From an uncultured Acidobacteriota bacterium (GTDB lineage Bacteria > Acidobacteriota > UBA6911), in assembly GCA_963843575.1 (NCBI GenBank), contig CAWJKZ010000024.1, positions 1 through 64,000 on the forward strand: 64,000 nucleotides of DNA, read 5' to 3'. Both the position numbers and the translations under genes were made by a program. Positions within the stretch are counted from its first letter, which is position 1. The number at the start of each line of letters is the position of its first letter. Shown here piece by piece: positions 29,333 to 40,732 of this stretch. Under the pieces are notes generated by a model that saw only the letters and a list, made by a program, of their open reading frames with translations, did no database searches and had not been told where the DNA came from.

Positions 29333-30686
29333 AACTGGAACGTACGAGGCTCAAGACGCGCGATTCGACGGCCTCCCTGATCAATTCCAGCTGCCGCTCG
29401 TCGCTTGCTTCGAAGCGCAAGACCAGGACCGGCTGCGTATTCGACGCCCGCACCAGCCCCCACCCGTGTTCGAACACGATGCGCGCGCCATCGACGTCGA
29501 CGACCTTGTGAGTCTGGCGGAACTGCTCGGTCAGGGTTTGGACGACGCCGAACTTGAGCTCGTCGGGGCAATCCATGCGGATTTCGGGGGTGAACACCGT
29601 TTTCGGCAGATCCTCGAGGAGGCTGGACAGGGGGGCCGGGCTGTACGAGAGGATCTCCAGCAGCCGCGCCCCGGCGTAGACCGCGTCGTCGAAGCCGAAG
29701 TAGCGGTCGGCGAAAAAGAGGTGTCCGCTCATTTCGCCCGCCAGCGCCGCGCGCGCCTCCTTCATTTTAGCCTTGATCAGCGAGTGTCCCACCTTCCACA
29801 TCACCGGGCTGCCTCCGTGGCGGCGTATGTCCTCGAACAGGGTGTTGGAGCACTTGACCTCGGCGATGATCGTGGCGCCGGGCGAGCGCGCCAGGATCGA
29901 CCGCGAGAATATGACCATCAGCTGGTCTCCCCAGATGATCCGGCCCCGTTCGTCGACCACGCCAAGGCGGTCGCCGTCGCCGTCGAATGCGACCGCCAGG
30001 TCGGCAGCGTTGGCGCTGACCGCCGCGATCGCGTGGCGCATGTTTTCGACCACGGTCGGGTCCGGGTGGTGGTTGGGGAAGCGACTGTCCGGCTCGCAGA
30101 AGAGCGGCACGACGTCGCACCCGAGGTCGACGTACAGGGGTGCGCCGACCACGCCCCCTACGCCATTGCCGCCGTCGACCACCACCCTGAGGCGGCGCGG
30201 CCCGAGCCGGATATCCGACTTGATGCGCCCGAGGTAGGCCGGCACGACGTCGCGGGACTCCACCGCCCCGGAGCCCTGGGCGAACGCACGCGACTGCGCG
30301 ATGTCGCGTACCTCGGCGATCTGGCGGCCGAAAATGGCGCTCTTGCCCAGGCAGAGCTTGAACCCGTTGTTGTCGGCGGGATTGTGGCTGCCGGTGATCA
30401 TCACGCCGGCCGCGGGTCCCTGCGTGAACAGCGTGAAGTACAGCACGGGGGTGGGTACCATCCCGACGTCGAGCACGTCGCACCCGGTCTCGGTCAGGCC
30501 CCGCACGAAGAGGTCGCGGAACCGCGGCGAACTCTCTCTCGCGTCGCGGCCCAAGCCCACCAGCCTCGAACCGTGGCGGCCAAAGTACGTCCCGACCGCG
30601 CGCGCGAGGTCGTAGACGGTGTCGTCCGTGAGGTCCCGGCCGACCACGCCCCTGATGTCGTATTCGCGAAAGATGTTCGGGTTCAT
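29331..30686 (-). CDS. Phosphomannomutase/phosphoglucomutase
   Basis: IFREYDIRG, TGSHNP, FDGDGDR, GEMSGH, RASNT. Confidence 0.95.
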   Translation of the reverse strand: MNPNIFREYDIRGVVGRDLTDDTVYDLARAVGTYFGRHGSRLVGLGRDARESSPRFRDLFVRGLTETGCDVLDVGMVPTPVLYFTLFTQGPAAGVMITGSHNPADNNGFKLCLGKSAIFGRQIAEVRDIAQSRAFAQGSGAVESRDVVPAYLGRIKSDIRLGPRRLRVVVDGGNGVGGVVGAPLYVDLGCDVVPLFCEPDSRFPNHHPDPTVVENMRHAIAAVSANAADLAVAFDGDGDRLGVVDERGRIIWGDQLMVIFSRSILARSPGATIIAEVKCSNTLFEDIRRHGGSPVMWKVGHSLIKAKMKEARAALAGEMSGHLFFADRYFGFDDAVYAGARLLEILSYSPAPLSSLLEDLPKTVFTPEIRMDCPDELKFGVVQTLTEQFRQTHKVVDVDGARIVFEHGWGLVRASNTQPVLVLRFEASDERQLELIREAVESRVLSLVRSS

Positions 30687-30772
30687 GGCGCTCCTCGGGT
30701 TGTCTGGCATCGTTTGTCGGTCCATTATTATGCAACGGGCCCGTATTGCAAGTGCGGGGAGCGGGGGTTCTC

Positions 30773-32674
30773 ATGACGGGAAGTCGGGGCGGGGCGCGGT
30801 TGCCCGGCAGCTACCGGCCGCAACTGGCCACGCTCGTCGGTTCCGCCCCCGCCGGCGACCGCTGGCTGCACGAGGTCAAGTACGACGGGTACCGCATCGG
30901 CTGCTTCATCGAGGGCGGCCAGATCAGGCTGGTCAGCCGCAACGGCCACGACTGGACCGGCAACTTTGGCGAGATCGTCGAGGCTGCAAAGTTGCTCGGG
31001 GTGAAGCGGGCGCTGCTCGATGGCGAGGCGGCCATTCTCCTAGGCGACGGACGCACCAGCTTTCAGGCGCTCCAGAATGCCTTCAGTGGCGGCTCCCGGG
31101 CGGGGCTCGTCTATTTCGCCTTCGACCTGCTGCACCTCGAGGGCGAGGACCTCGCGCCTCTCCCACTGGAAGAGCGCAAGGCCGCCTTGCAGTCGATCCT
31201 CGCGCGGGCCGGGGCCCAGGATCGGATCCGTTATGCGGACCACGTCTTGGACGACGGGGAGGCCGTGCTGCGGGAGGCCTGCCGTCTCGGGTTGGAGGGG
31301 ATCGTGTCCAAGCGGCGCGACGAGCCCTATCGCCCGGGCCGCAACGACGGCTGGCTGAAGGCCAAGTGCATCCGGCGCCAGGAATTCGTGATCGGGGGAT
31401 TCACCGATCCGGAAGGTTCGCGCGCGGGCATCGGCGCCCTGCTCGTCGGCGTCCACCGGGGAGGCACCCTCCGGTTCGCGGGGAAGGTCGGCACCGGCTT
31501 CACCCAGAAGCTGGCCGCAGGCCTGCGCCGGAGGCTGGACGCGATCGAGCAGGGCGAGTGCCCGTTCGACCCGAGGCCGGCGGGGCCGCTGGGCCGCCGC
31601 GCGCATTGGGTTCGGCCGGAGCTGGTGGGCGAGGTAACTTTCTCGGAGTGGACCACAGACGGAAGGATCCGCCACCCGTCCTTCCAGGGACTACGCGAGG
31701 ACAAGCGTCCCGCCGAGGTGATGGCAGAGGAGCCGTCGGCGCCGGCCTCGAATCCTGCACCCCCGCGGTCCACGGGGCACCGGCCGCCACGGAACGGCGG
31801 CTCGGGCGTCGCAGTGGCCGGTGTCGCGCTCAGCCACCCGGATCGGATCGTTTACCCCGTTGCAGGCTTCACGAAACTCGACGTCGCGAAATACTACGAA
31901 AGCGTCGGCGAGTGGATGCTGCCGCACGTGGGCGGCCGGCCTCTCACGCTCGTCCGCTGCCCGGAGGGGCTAGCCGCGGCGTGTTTCTACATGAAGCACT
32001 CGAGCGCACGGGTCCCTCCGGCCCTGCGCCGCGTGCGGATCCCGGAGAAGACGAAGGTCGGCGAGTACCTCGTCGTCGATTCGGTCGCGGGGCTCATATC
32101 CCTGGTTCAGATCGGCATTCTCGAGATCCACACGTGGAATTCCCGCGTCGGCAACATCGAGCAGCCGGACCGCATCGTCGTCGACATCGATCCCGGCCCC
32201 GAGGTGAAACCGGCACGAGTCGTCGAGGCGGCCCGCTTGGCGCGCCGCGTCCTGAATGAATTCGGACTGGAAAGTTACGTCAAGACGACGGGGGGCGCGG
32301 GGCTTCACGTCGTCGCGCCGCTCGAGCCGGCGGCGGGCTGGGATGAATGCCTCGAGTTCTCTCGCCGCGTCGCCCAACTTATGGTGCGCACGGATCCCAC
32401 GTGCTACACGACGAGATTCCCGAAAAAAGGCCGGGAGCGGAAGATTCTCGTCGACATCCTGCGCAATAGCCGCGCCAGCACATCGGTCGCGGCGTTCTCG
32501 ACGCGGGCTCGGGAGGGAGCCCCGGTGTCGGCCCCGCTGACATGGGAGGAGCTGCGCCCCGGGCTGCTCGTCCGGCCATTCACGATGCGGTCCGTCGTGC
32601 AGCGCCTGAAACGCCTGAAGGGCGATCCGTGGGCCGGCTATGGGCTTTCCCGCCAGCAACTCCCCTCCATTTAG
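30773..32674 (+). CDS. ligD: NHEJ DNA ligase D (ligase plus polymerase domains)
   Basis: [33 protein letters not shown]; LSHPD, DIDPG, KTTGG.GLH. Confidence 0.93.
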   Translation: MTGSRGGARLPGSYRPQLATLVGSAPAGDRWLHEVKYDGYRIGCFIEGGQIRLVSRNGHDWTGNFGEIVEAAKLLGVKRALLDGEAAILLGDGRTSFQALQNAFSGGSRAGLVYFAFDLLHLEGEDLAPLPLEERKAALQSILARAGAQDRIRYADHVLDDGEAVLREACRLGLEGIVSKRRDEPYRPGRNDGWLKAKCIRRQEFVIGGFTDPEGSRAGIGALLVGVHRGGTLRFAGKVGTGFTQKLAAGLRRRLDAIEQGECPFDPRPAGPLGRRAHWVRPELVGEVTFSEWTTDGRIRHPSFQGLREDKRPAEVMAEEPSAPASNPAPPRSTGHRPPRNGGSGVAVAGVALSHPDRIVYPVAGFTKLDVAKYYESVGEWMLPHVGGRPLTLVRCPEGLAAACFYMKHSSARVPPALRRVRIPEKTKVGEYLVVDSVAGLISLVQIGILEIHTWNSRVGNIEQPDRIVVDIDPGPEVKPARVVEAARLARRVLNEFGLESYVKTTGGAGLHVVAPLEPAAGWDECLEFSRRVAQLMVRTDPTCYTTRFPKKGRERKILVDILRNSRASTSVAAFSTRAREGAPVSAPLTWEELRPGLLVRPFTMRSVVQRLKRLKGDPWAGYGLSRQQLPSI

Positions 32675-32712
32675 CGGGCTTTTCTGCTATGCTCCGCCGT
32701 CAGGAGGAAAAC

Positions 32713-33644
32713 ATGCCCAGGCCACAAAGCAGGATTGCAGCCGGATGGTGGGACTACACCACCCTCGATCCTTCCATATTGCGCGACGCCGCCGGCTTGA
32801 CGCCGGGTCAGATGCAGGGCCTCTCGCGCGACGGGTTCCAGGTGCGTTTCTACGACACGCTCGAGGATTTCTATCTCGCGGAGGCGCTGGAGTACATCGA
32901 GGCGTGGCGCCAGGCAACGCCGGATCGCCCCGCGGGGATCTGCGGCCCAATCGGCCCCACGGAGCAGCTGCCGCTGGTCGCGCGTCTGGTGAACGCGCTC
33001 GACCTGCCGCTGCGCCACGCGCACTTCTGGGGCATGGACGAGTGGGTGCTCGAGGGCAAGGAGGTTGCGGAAACCCACCCGCTTTCGTTCGCGCGCGCGG
33101 ACCGTGAGCTCTGTTTCGACCGCATCCGCCCGGAACTTGCCATGCCCGAGGAGAACCTGCACTTCCCGAAGGCCGATCCCCGCGAGTACGTCTCCTCGTG
33201 GGAGAGGGCGCGCTGCGTCGTCATGCAGGGCGGGCAGGGGGACGTCAAGCACTGGGCCTTCAACGATCCCTTCCCGCGCGCAGGGACGGTACAGTATCCG
33301 ACCCGCCGGCGCCGGAGGAATACCTGCGGTTGAACACGCGGGTGGTCGATCTGCACCCGGTGACGATCATGCAAAACGCCCGCACCTCGGGCGGAGGCAG
33401 GCTCGACCTCGTCCCCAGCCAGGCCGTTTCCGTGGGCCCGCTGCAGACCTGGAAGGCCGAGCGGGTCTCGATCTGGCACGCGGGCACGCACGACAACCCG
33501 TTCGGTATGCGGCTCACCACCCTCATGATCGGAAAGAAGATCCCCGACTCCTCGGTCCCGATGTCCCTGCTTGCCCTGCACCCGAACGTGCAGTTCAACT
33601 TCTACCGCCCGGCGGTGGCGTCCCTCTCGGTCGAAATGCACTGA
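32713..33644 (+). CDS. Glucosamine-6-phosphate isomerase/deaminase-like protein (frameshift near 33290)
   Basis: [33 protein letters not shown]. Confidence 0.78.
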
Positions 33645-33650
33645 CGGCCC

Positions 33651-34856
33651 ATGGTCGGAGATACTGAAATGCCATCGATTCACACCACCGCGGTTCACGC
33701 GGGTGAACGTGCGCCGAAGCCGGAGTTTGTCCCCGTGTCCACGCCCGTCTATGCCAGCTCCAGCTTCTTCTATTCGGACATGGAGACCCTGGACGCGGCG
33801 TTTGCCGGCACCTACGGCGGCCCGATGTACACACGGTACGGCAACCCGACGGTTTCGGCGTTGGAGACCGCCGTGGCGGCCCTGGAGGGCGGGGAAACGG
33901 CGCTGGCCTACGGCTCGGGGATGGCCGCCATCCACGGGGCGCTGCTGGGGGCGGGGGTGCGCTCCGGTACGACCGTGGTTGCGGGCCACGACGTCTATGG
34001 GGCGACCTACACGCTGCTCGACAACCTGATGTCCGGCCTGGGGGTCCGGGTACGGTTCGCCGACGCTTCAGACAGCGCCGGATTCAAGGCCGCGATCCGT
34101 GAAGCCGGTCCCGTCGCCGTCGTCGTCGAAACCATCTCCAATCCGCTTCTCAAGATGCCGGACCTGGAGGAGCTTTCGGAAGTGTGCCGTTCCGTGAAGG
34201 CGGCGCTGATCGTCGACAACACGTTCGCCACCCCCTACCTGTGCCGGCCGCTGGCGCTGGGGGCCGACTTCGTCGTGCACAGCGCCACCAAGTACCTTGG
34301 CGGCCACGGCGACGTCCTTGGGGGCGTCGTGGTCACCTCCGCGGAGCGGCGCAAGTCGCTGTTCGAGATCAACAAGCTGCTCGGCGCCAACCTCGGCCCG
34401 CAGGAGGCCTGGCTCGTGCTGCGCGGCATAAAGACGCTCCCCCTCAGGGTGCAGCGGCACTGCGAGAACGCCGCGTCGGTTGCGGCCTGGCTGGCTGTGC
34501 ACGCGAAAATCGAGCGGGTCAACTACCCCGGGCTCGCGACGCACCCGCAGCACGATCTGGCCGTCCGGTTGCTGGAGCGGGGCCTCTTTGGCGCTATGAT
34601 CAGCTTCGACCTGCGAGACGGGAGCCGGGCGCGGGTTTTCCGTTTCATGGAAGCGCTCAAGCTCGTGCTCCCCGCGACCACCCTTGGCGACGTCTACAGC
34701 CTGGTGTTGTACCCGGCCATGTCGTCGCACCGGGCTCTCGACCCGGCGACGCGGCAGAGGATCGGTATCGGCGACGGTCTGGTGCGGCTCTCGGTTGGCA
34801 TCGAGGACCCCGCCGACATCATCGCGGACCTCGGCCAGGCGCTCGCGCGCGCCTGA
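33651..34856 (+). CDS. PLP-dependent trans-sulfuration enzyme (cystathionine gamma-synthase/methionine gamma-lyase family)
   Basis: YTRYGNPT, SGMAAI, VDNTFATP, HSATKYLGGHGD, RLSVGIED. Confidence 0.93.
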   Translation: MVGDTEMPSIHTTAVHAGERAPKPEFVPVSTPVYASSSFFYSDMETLDAAFAGTYGGPMYTRYGNPTVSALETAVAALEGGETALAYGSGMAAIHGALLGAGVRSGTTVVAGHDVYGATYTLLDNLMSGLGVRVRFADASDSAGFKAAIREAGPVAVVVETISNPLLKMPDLEELSEVCRSVKAALIVDNTFATPYLCRPLALGADFVVHSATKYLGGHGDVLGGVVVTSAERRKSLFEINKLLGANLGPQEAWLVLRGIKTLPLRVQRHCENAASVAAWLAVHAKIERVNYPGLATHPQHDLAVRLLERGLFGAMISFDLRDGSRARVFRFMEALKLVLPATTLGDVYSLVLYPAMSSHRALDPATRQRIGIGDGLVRLSVGIEDPADIIADLGQALARA

Positions 34857-35085
34857 GTTCGTCGAGCGCCGAGACTCGGGAAAACCGCACCTGCAGGTCC
34901 CTGCGCAGTAACTCTGCGTGGGATTCGATTCAACACCCTCATCGATTCGTCACGGATACCGTGGCCGCGATCATCCCGTGCGGGCGCCGTGTCAGCGGCA
35001 GGTCCGGCGACACCAATCCCACGAATTCCCATCCAAATCGAGGGTGCCTTCGTGTAACAATCCGGGAAAACGGACGGAGGCACGA

Positions 35086-36396
35086 ATGGACGACAACCGG
35101 ATTACGCGCAGGACTTTTCTGGACCGCACGGCTCCGCTGATCGCGGCGCCGGCTTTGTCGGCGCTCTCTTACGGACGCATCCCGGGAGCGAACGACCGCA
35201 TCACGCTCGGGCATATCGGCGTCGGCAACCGCGGGCGCGGCCTGGAGTGGATAGTGTCGCAGCTCGCCAGAAAGCTGAATGTCGAGCTGACCTCGGTTTG
35301 CGATCTTTGGAGGGTGAACCGGGAACGTGCCGCCGTCGCGGCGCAGAAGTACTATGGGCGCCCCGCGCGCGCGTTCCAACGCATGGACGACCTGCTGGCT
35401 CTGAAGGACGTGGATGCGATTCTCATTTCCACACCGGAGCACCAGCACTCACCCATGCTGAAGCGCGTCGCGGAAGCCGGCAAACACGCCTACTGCGAGA
35501 AACCCATGGGGAACGTGCTCGAGGAGGCGAAGGCGGCGCGCGACGCCGTCCTGTCGCGCAACCTGATCGTCCAGGTGGGAACGCAGCGCCGCAGCGAGCC
35601 CTACCAGGTGGCGGCGCAGAAGTTGTTCCGTTCCGGGGCGTGCGGCGAAGTCAGCAAGGTGGAGGTGGTGTGGAACTATCACGGCCCCCGCTGGCGCGGG
35701 CGCCCGGAAGTGAAGCAGATCCGTGAAGAGGACATCGACTGGCGCGAGTGGCTGATGACCCGGCCCTATCGTCCCTTCGATCCCCGGCTCTATTTCGAAT
35801 ACCGCCTGTACAGGGAATTTTCCAGCGGCATCCCCGATCAGTGGATGAGCCACGGGATCGACCTGGTGCACTGGTTCATGGACGATCATTTCCCCCGCTC
35901 CGTGGTCTCAAACGGCGGCGTGTTTGCCTGGCACGACGGGCGCGAAAATCCCGACACCTTCGAAACGCTGCTCGATTATCCCAAGGGCTTCCTGGTCAGC
36001 TACTCCACCAGCTTCGGAAACGACGCACCCAGCCACATCCGTTTCATGGGCAAGAAAGCCACCCTGATGAATTTCGGCACGGAGGGAACCCCTCGCTGGA
36101 AGTGGGTGGAAGAAAAGGGGAATTTCGAAGAGACCCCGGAGATTCAGCGGGAGGAGAAATGGGTGTCCCTGCCCGGCGACGGCGGCAAGGGACCGGCGAT
36201 GACCCCCGACGAGGATCTCTCTCACGTGTCGAACTGGCTGGAAGCCATACGCGCCGGGAAACAGCCTTCGGCGCCGGTACAGGCTGGGTATGCCCACTCG
36301 GTTGCCTGCATTATGGCCACGCGTTCTTATTGGGAGGGGAAAAAGCTCTACTGGGATCCGGCGACGGAGTCCATCGTCGACCGCGCTCCGGCATAA
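35086..36396 (+). CDS. Tat-exported Gfo/Idh/MocA oxidoreductase
   Basis: TRRTFL twin-arginine signal, IGVGNRG, YCEKP, VGTQRRS. Confidence 0.92.
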   Translation: MDDNRITRRTFLDRTAPLIAAPALSALSYGRIPGANDRITLGHIGVGNRGRGLEWIVSQLARKLNVELTSVCDLWRVNRERAAVAAQKYYGRPARAFQRMDDLLALKDVDAILISTPEHQHSPMLKRVAEAGKHAYCEKPMGNVLEEAKAARDAVLSRNLIVQVGTQRRSEPYQVAAQKLFRSGACGEVSKVEVVWNYHGPRWRGRPEVKQIREEDIDWREWLMTRPYRPFDPRLYFEYRLYREFSSGIPDQWMSHGIDLVHWFMDDHFPRSVVSNGGVFAWHDGRENPDTFETLLDYPKGFLVSYSTSFGNDAPSHIRFMGKKATLMNFGTEGTPRWKWVEEKGNFEETPEIQREEKWVSLPGDGGKGPAMTPDEDLSHVSNWLEAIRAGKQPSAPVQAGYAHSVACIMATRSYWEGKKLYWDPATESIVDRAPA

Positions 36397-36593
36397 GTAA
36401 CGACGGAGAAGGCCGGTACTTTCCGGGACTTCGTTTCCGTGACCTCAGGCACCATGTCGTGACAAGGCTGGCCCTGAGACGGGGGAATTGAGACGCTGAA
36501 TCCTCCGATCGGATCCGCCGCCCCTGTGCCGGCCGAATCAGTGCAGCCGCTCAATAAAACCGATCCTTGATGGCTGTAGGCTGTCGGGAGGGT

Positions 36594-36670
36594 TGGTCGG
36601 GGCATCCAGATTTGAACTGGAGACCTCCTGCGCCCAAGGCAGGCGCGCTACCAGACTGCGCTATGCCCCG
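36594..36670 (-). tRNA. tRNA-Pro: tRNA-Pro (TGG)
   Basis: Anticodon arm cctgc-ctTGGgc-gcagg, encoded CCA. Confidence 0.95.
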
Positions 36671-36695
36671 ACCCTGTGAAGGCCAACATTTTAGC

Positions 36696-37325
36696 TCAGC
36701 GGCGCGGCGACCGCCAGTCCCGCAGTCGCGCGACCAGCGCGGCGGCGGCGCGGGCGCGGTGGCTCAACCGGTTTTTCTCCTCGTCTGTCAACTCGGCGTA
36801 GGTGCGGCCGAGCTCCGGTAACTGGAAGATCGGGTCGTACCCGAAGCCGTTGACACCGCGCGGCAGCCACCCGATGGTTCCCCGGCACTCGCCTTCGGCT
36901 TCGGCCAGGAGTTCGCCTGTGCGGGCGAGCGCGAGGGCACAGACGAACCGGGCGGCCCGGTCCGCTCCGGCGCCGTCGAGTTCGGCCAGCAGCTTGCGGT
37001 TGCGGTCCGCGTCGGTCGCGCCCGGGCCGGCGTAGCGTGCCGAATAGATCCCGGGCCGCCCTCCCAGCGCGAACACCTCCAGCCCGGAATCGTCCGCCAG
37101 CACCGGAAGGTCGGTGGCGCGCGAGCAGGCGAGCGCCTTCTGGGCGGCGTTCTCCCGGAAGGAGGTCCCGGTTTCCTCGAATTCGGCCCGGATCCCGGCT
37201 TCGTCGAGGCCCATCAGCAGCCGCCAGCCCGCGGGTTCGAACAGGGCGCGGAACTCGCGCAGCTTGCCGGCGTTTCGGGTGGCGACCACGATCGGCTCGA
37301 GGTCTGGAAATACGTGCGGGGTCAA
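36696..37325 (-). CDS. rdgB: dITP/XTP pyrophosphatase (HAM1 family)
   Basis: ATRNAGK, ADDSGL, GFGYDP, SHRARA. Confidence 0.95.
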   Translation of the reverse strand: MTPHVFPDLEPIVVATRNAGKLREFRALFEPAGWRLLMGLDEAGIRAEFEETGTSFRENAAQKALACSRATDLPVLADDSGLEVFALGGRPGIYSARYAGPGATDADRNRKLLAELDGAGADRAARFVCALALARTGELLAEAEGECRGTIGWLPRGVNGFGYDPIFQLPELGRTYAELTDEEKNRLSHRARAAAALVARLRDWRSPRR

Positions 37326-37346
37326 GATCGCGGCCTCATCGAAGGT

Positions 37347-38097
37347 TCAGGCGAGCGGCATGAGACGCTTGAGGTTGGCGCGCGCGCCCAGCGCTGTTTC
37401 CTGGTAGCCGACCAGCGTGCGGATCCCGGCGGAGCCGAGGGCGAGCATCTCCTGCAGCTGAGTGCCCGAAAACGACGATTTTTCGGCCGTCCCCTGGATT
37501 TCGACGTACTGCCCCTTGCCCGTGACCACCAGGTTCATATCCACTTCGGCCTTGGAATCCTCCGCGTAATCCAGGTCCAGGCACGCGATGCCCCCGACGA
37601 TGCCGACGCTGGTCGCTGCGATGTAGTCGATCAGCGGGCGAGAATTCGAGCAGACGCCTCGCCATGAGGTTGTCTACCGCCAGGGCCAGCGCCAGGAATC
37701 CGCCCGTGATCGAAGCGGTGCGTGTGCCCCCGTCGGCCTGAATGACGTCGCAGTCGATCAGCAGCGTCCGGGTGCCGAGCAGCGACAGGTTGACGATGCT
37801 GCGGAGGGACCGCCCGATCAGGCGCTGAATTTCCACCGTGCGGCCTGTCTGCTTGCCGCGGGCCGCCTCGCGCGGCGACCGGGTGCCCGTGGAACGCGGC
37901 AGCATCCCGTACTCCGCCGTGACCCAGCCCTGGTTCATGTGGTTCAGAAAGGGCGGGACCTTCTCCTCGACGCTGCACGTGCACACCACGCGCGTGTCCC
38001 CCACGCTGATCAGTACCGCCCCCTCGGCATGCCGGGTGTAGTCCAGCTCGATCTTGACTTCCCGAATTGCCTCGGGATCCCGCCCGCTCGGTCTCAT
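37347..38097 (-). CDS. rph: Ribonuclease PH (frameshift near 37637)
   Basis: [47 protein letters not shown]. Confidence 0.93.
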
Positions 38098-38190
38098 CGT
38101 CGCCATCCGCTTGAGTAGGACGTGCATTCTACCACGCGGCTGCGGCGGGCCTCGGTTGAATTCACCGGTCGATTCCCCTACGATAAGGCC

Positions 38191-38934
38191 ATGAACTATT
38201 ACTCGAACTCCACCCGGGTTTTTTTCGGCGGCCCGGTGACGCGCACGGTAAAACTGCTCATTATAATCAACGTCGCCGTGTTCGCGTTGCAGACCATCCT
38301 GCGCGCCCTGGGCGGATATTCCCTGGTGGGCTACTTCGGCCTCATCCCGGCCGCGGTGACGTACGACCTCAGGGTCTGGCAGTTCGTCACGTACATGTTC
38401 CTTCACGGCGGCATCTTCCATATCTTCTTCAACATGCTGACTCTATTCATGTTCGGTAACGACCTGGAACGCTACTGGGGAACGCCCCGGTTCCTGAACT
38501 ACTACTTTCTCACGGGGATCGGCGCCGGCGTGTGTTCGTGGCTGGTTGCGATGAACAGCCGGAGCATCATCATAGGGGCCTCCGGGGCGATCTACGGGTT
38601 GTTGCTGGCCTACGGGATGCTTTACCCGAACCGCATCGTCTATCTGAACTTCCTGCTTCCGGTCAAGGTGAAGTGGCTCGTCCTGATCATGGGGGTGATG
38701 GCGTTCTTTTCCTCGATCGCCGGGGACGAGCCGGGCGTGGCGCACATCGCCCATCTCGGGGGCATGCTCGTCGGTTTTGTCTTCCTCAAATCCAAGGACT
38801 GGCTCGCGCAGTATCACGTCCATCAGGAGCAGAGAAAGCGGGAGCAGCTGAAGCGCCAGTTCGAGGTGTATTACGGCGACGTGCGGCGCAAGATCGACGA
38901 GGACAACAGGAAGGGTCCCCCGACGATACACTAG
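38191..38934 (+). CDS. Rhomboid intramembrane serine protease
   Basis: [27 protein letters not shown]. Confidence 0.93.
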   Translation: MNYYSNSTRVFFGGPVTRTVKLLIIINVAVFALQTILRALGGYSLVGYFGLIPAAVTYDLRVWQFVTYMFLHGGIFHIFFNMLTLFMFGNDLERYWGTPRFLNYYFLTGIGAGVCSWLVAMNSRSIIIGASGAIYGLLLAYGMLYPNRIVYLNFLLPVKVKWLVLIMGVMAFFSSIAGDEPGVAHIAHLGGMLVGFVFLKSKDWLAQYHVHQEQRKREQLKRQFEVYYGDVRRKIDEDNRKGPPTIH

Positions 38935-38966
38935 CGCTGGCTTCAAACTCACTCACCGGGTCCCCC

Positions 38967-40485
38967 ATGTCCGAATCCAAAGAGTACGTTCTGGCCCTCG
39001 ACCAGGGCACATCCAGCTCGAAGGCATTTGTCTTTGATCGTCACGGGCGGATCATCAGCCGCGGCTCGTGCGATTTCCGCCAGATCTACCCGAAGCCGGG
39101 GTGGGTCGAGCACGACGCGGAGGAAATCTGGCAGTCGCAGCTGGCGGCGGCGCGACAGGCGCTCGGCGGTTCCGGGGTCGGGGCCGAGAAGATCGCGGCC
39201 CTAGGGCTGACCAACCAGCGTGAAACGACCGTCCTGTGGGACAGGCACACCGGGAAACCGGTGCACAACGCGATCGTCTGGCAATGCCGCCGCACGGCGG
39301 ACCGGTGCGAGGAGCTCAAAAAAGACGGGTTCGACGCGGTTTTGAAGGAGCGCACCGGGCTCGTCACGGACGCCTATTTCAGCGGCACCAAGGTCGCGTG
39401 GCTGCTGGATAACGTCGAGGGCTGCCGGGCCGCGGCCGAGCGGGGCGACGTCCTTTTCGGCACGGTGGATTCCTGGCTCATCTTCAACCTCACCGGCGGC
39501 CGAGTGCATGCCACCGACTGCTCCAACGCGTCCCGCACTCTCCTGTTCGACATCCACCGCGGGGAATGGGATCCGGAGATCCTCGCCCGGCTGCGCATAC
39601 CGCGACGCATGCTGCCGCAGGTCGTGGCGTCTTGCGGCGTCGTCGGCGAAACCGCACCGGAGCTGTTCGGCGTGCCGATCCCCATAGCCGGCATCGCGGG
39701 CGACCAGCAGGCGGCGCTCTTCGGCCAGACGGCCTTCGAGCCGGGAAAGGCCAAGAACACTTACGGCACGGGGTGTTTCATGCTCCTCAACACGGGCTCG
39801 AAAGCGATCCCGTCGAGTAACCTGCTGACGACCATCGCCTGGGGGATCGGGGGAAAGCTGACCTACGCGCTCGAAGGGAGCGTGTTCATCGCGGGCGCGG
39901 CGATCCAGTGGCTGCGCGACGAACTGAAAATTCTGGGCAGCGCGGCGGAAAGCGAGCCGATCGCTGCGTCGGTGCCCGATTCTGGCAGGCGTCTACTTCG
40001 TGCCGGCGTTCGTGGGCCTCGGGGCTCCGTACTGGGACCCGTTCGCCCGGGGCACCATCGTCGGACTGACCCGCGGCTCGGGCCGGGCTCACATCGTGCG
40101 GGCCACCCTGGAGTCAATCGCCTATCAGACGCGCGACGTCCTGGAGGCGATGGAGCGCGATTCAGGCCTGGCGCTGCAGGTACTCGGAGTCGACGGCGGC
40201 GCCGCCGTCAACAACGTGCTCTGCCAGTTCCAGGCCGACATCCTTGGTGTACCGGTGGAGCGGCCGGGAGTGCACGAGACGACGGCGCTCGGGGCCGCCT
40301 ACCTCGCCGGGCTGGCCACGGGAGTGTGGGCAAACCTACCGGAGATCTCGGCCAACCATCGGGTCGAGGCGCGCTACGCCCCCGCCATGGATCCTGCCCA
40401 AAGGGCGCGCCTGTACGCCGGCTGGTCCCAAGCCGTTACGGCCGCTCTCGGGGACGGACCTGAGAAATCTCATTCATCTCAATGA
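38967..40485 (+). CDS. glpK: Glycerol kinase (frameshift near 39990)
   Basis: [48 protein letters not shown]. Confidence 0.95.
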
Positions 40486-40732
40486 CATATCGGGGGAAAG
40501 CACTCTAAAACGGGCCTTACTTCGTTTTATTAGGGCGTCGAAAGATTTCACTTTTGGGTGCACCCGAAAGTGAACCACGGAATACGACTGAACGCGAGAT
40601 GGCGCTTTGCACCTTCCCTTCTCAGTTTGAGAAAAACGCACGCCAAAACCTGAAATTAAGGCCTGTTAATTCAGGCCTTAGTTCTCGCTGAACACAAAAA
40701 CAAAAAAAGACTTACCTCGGTCTAGACCTCTC

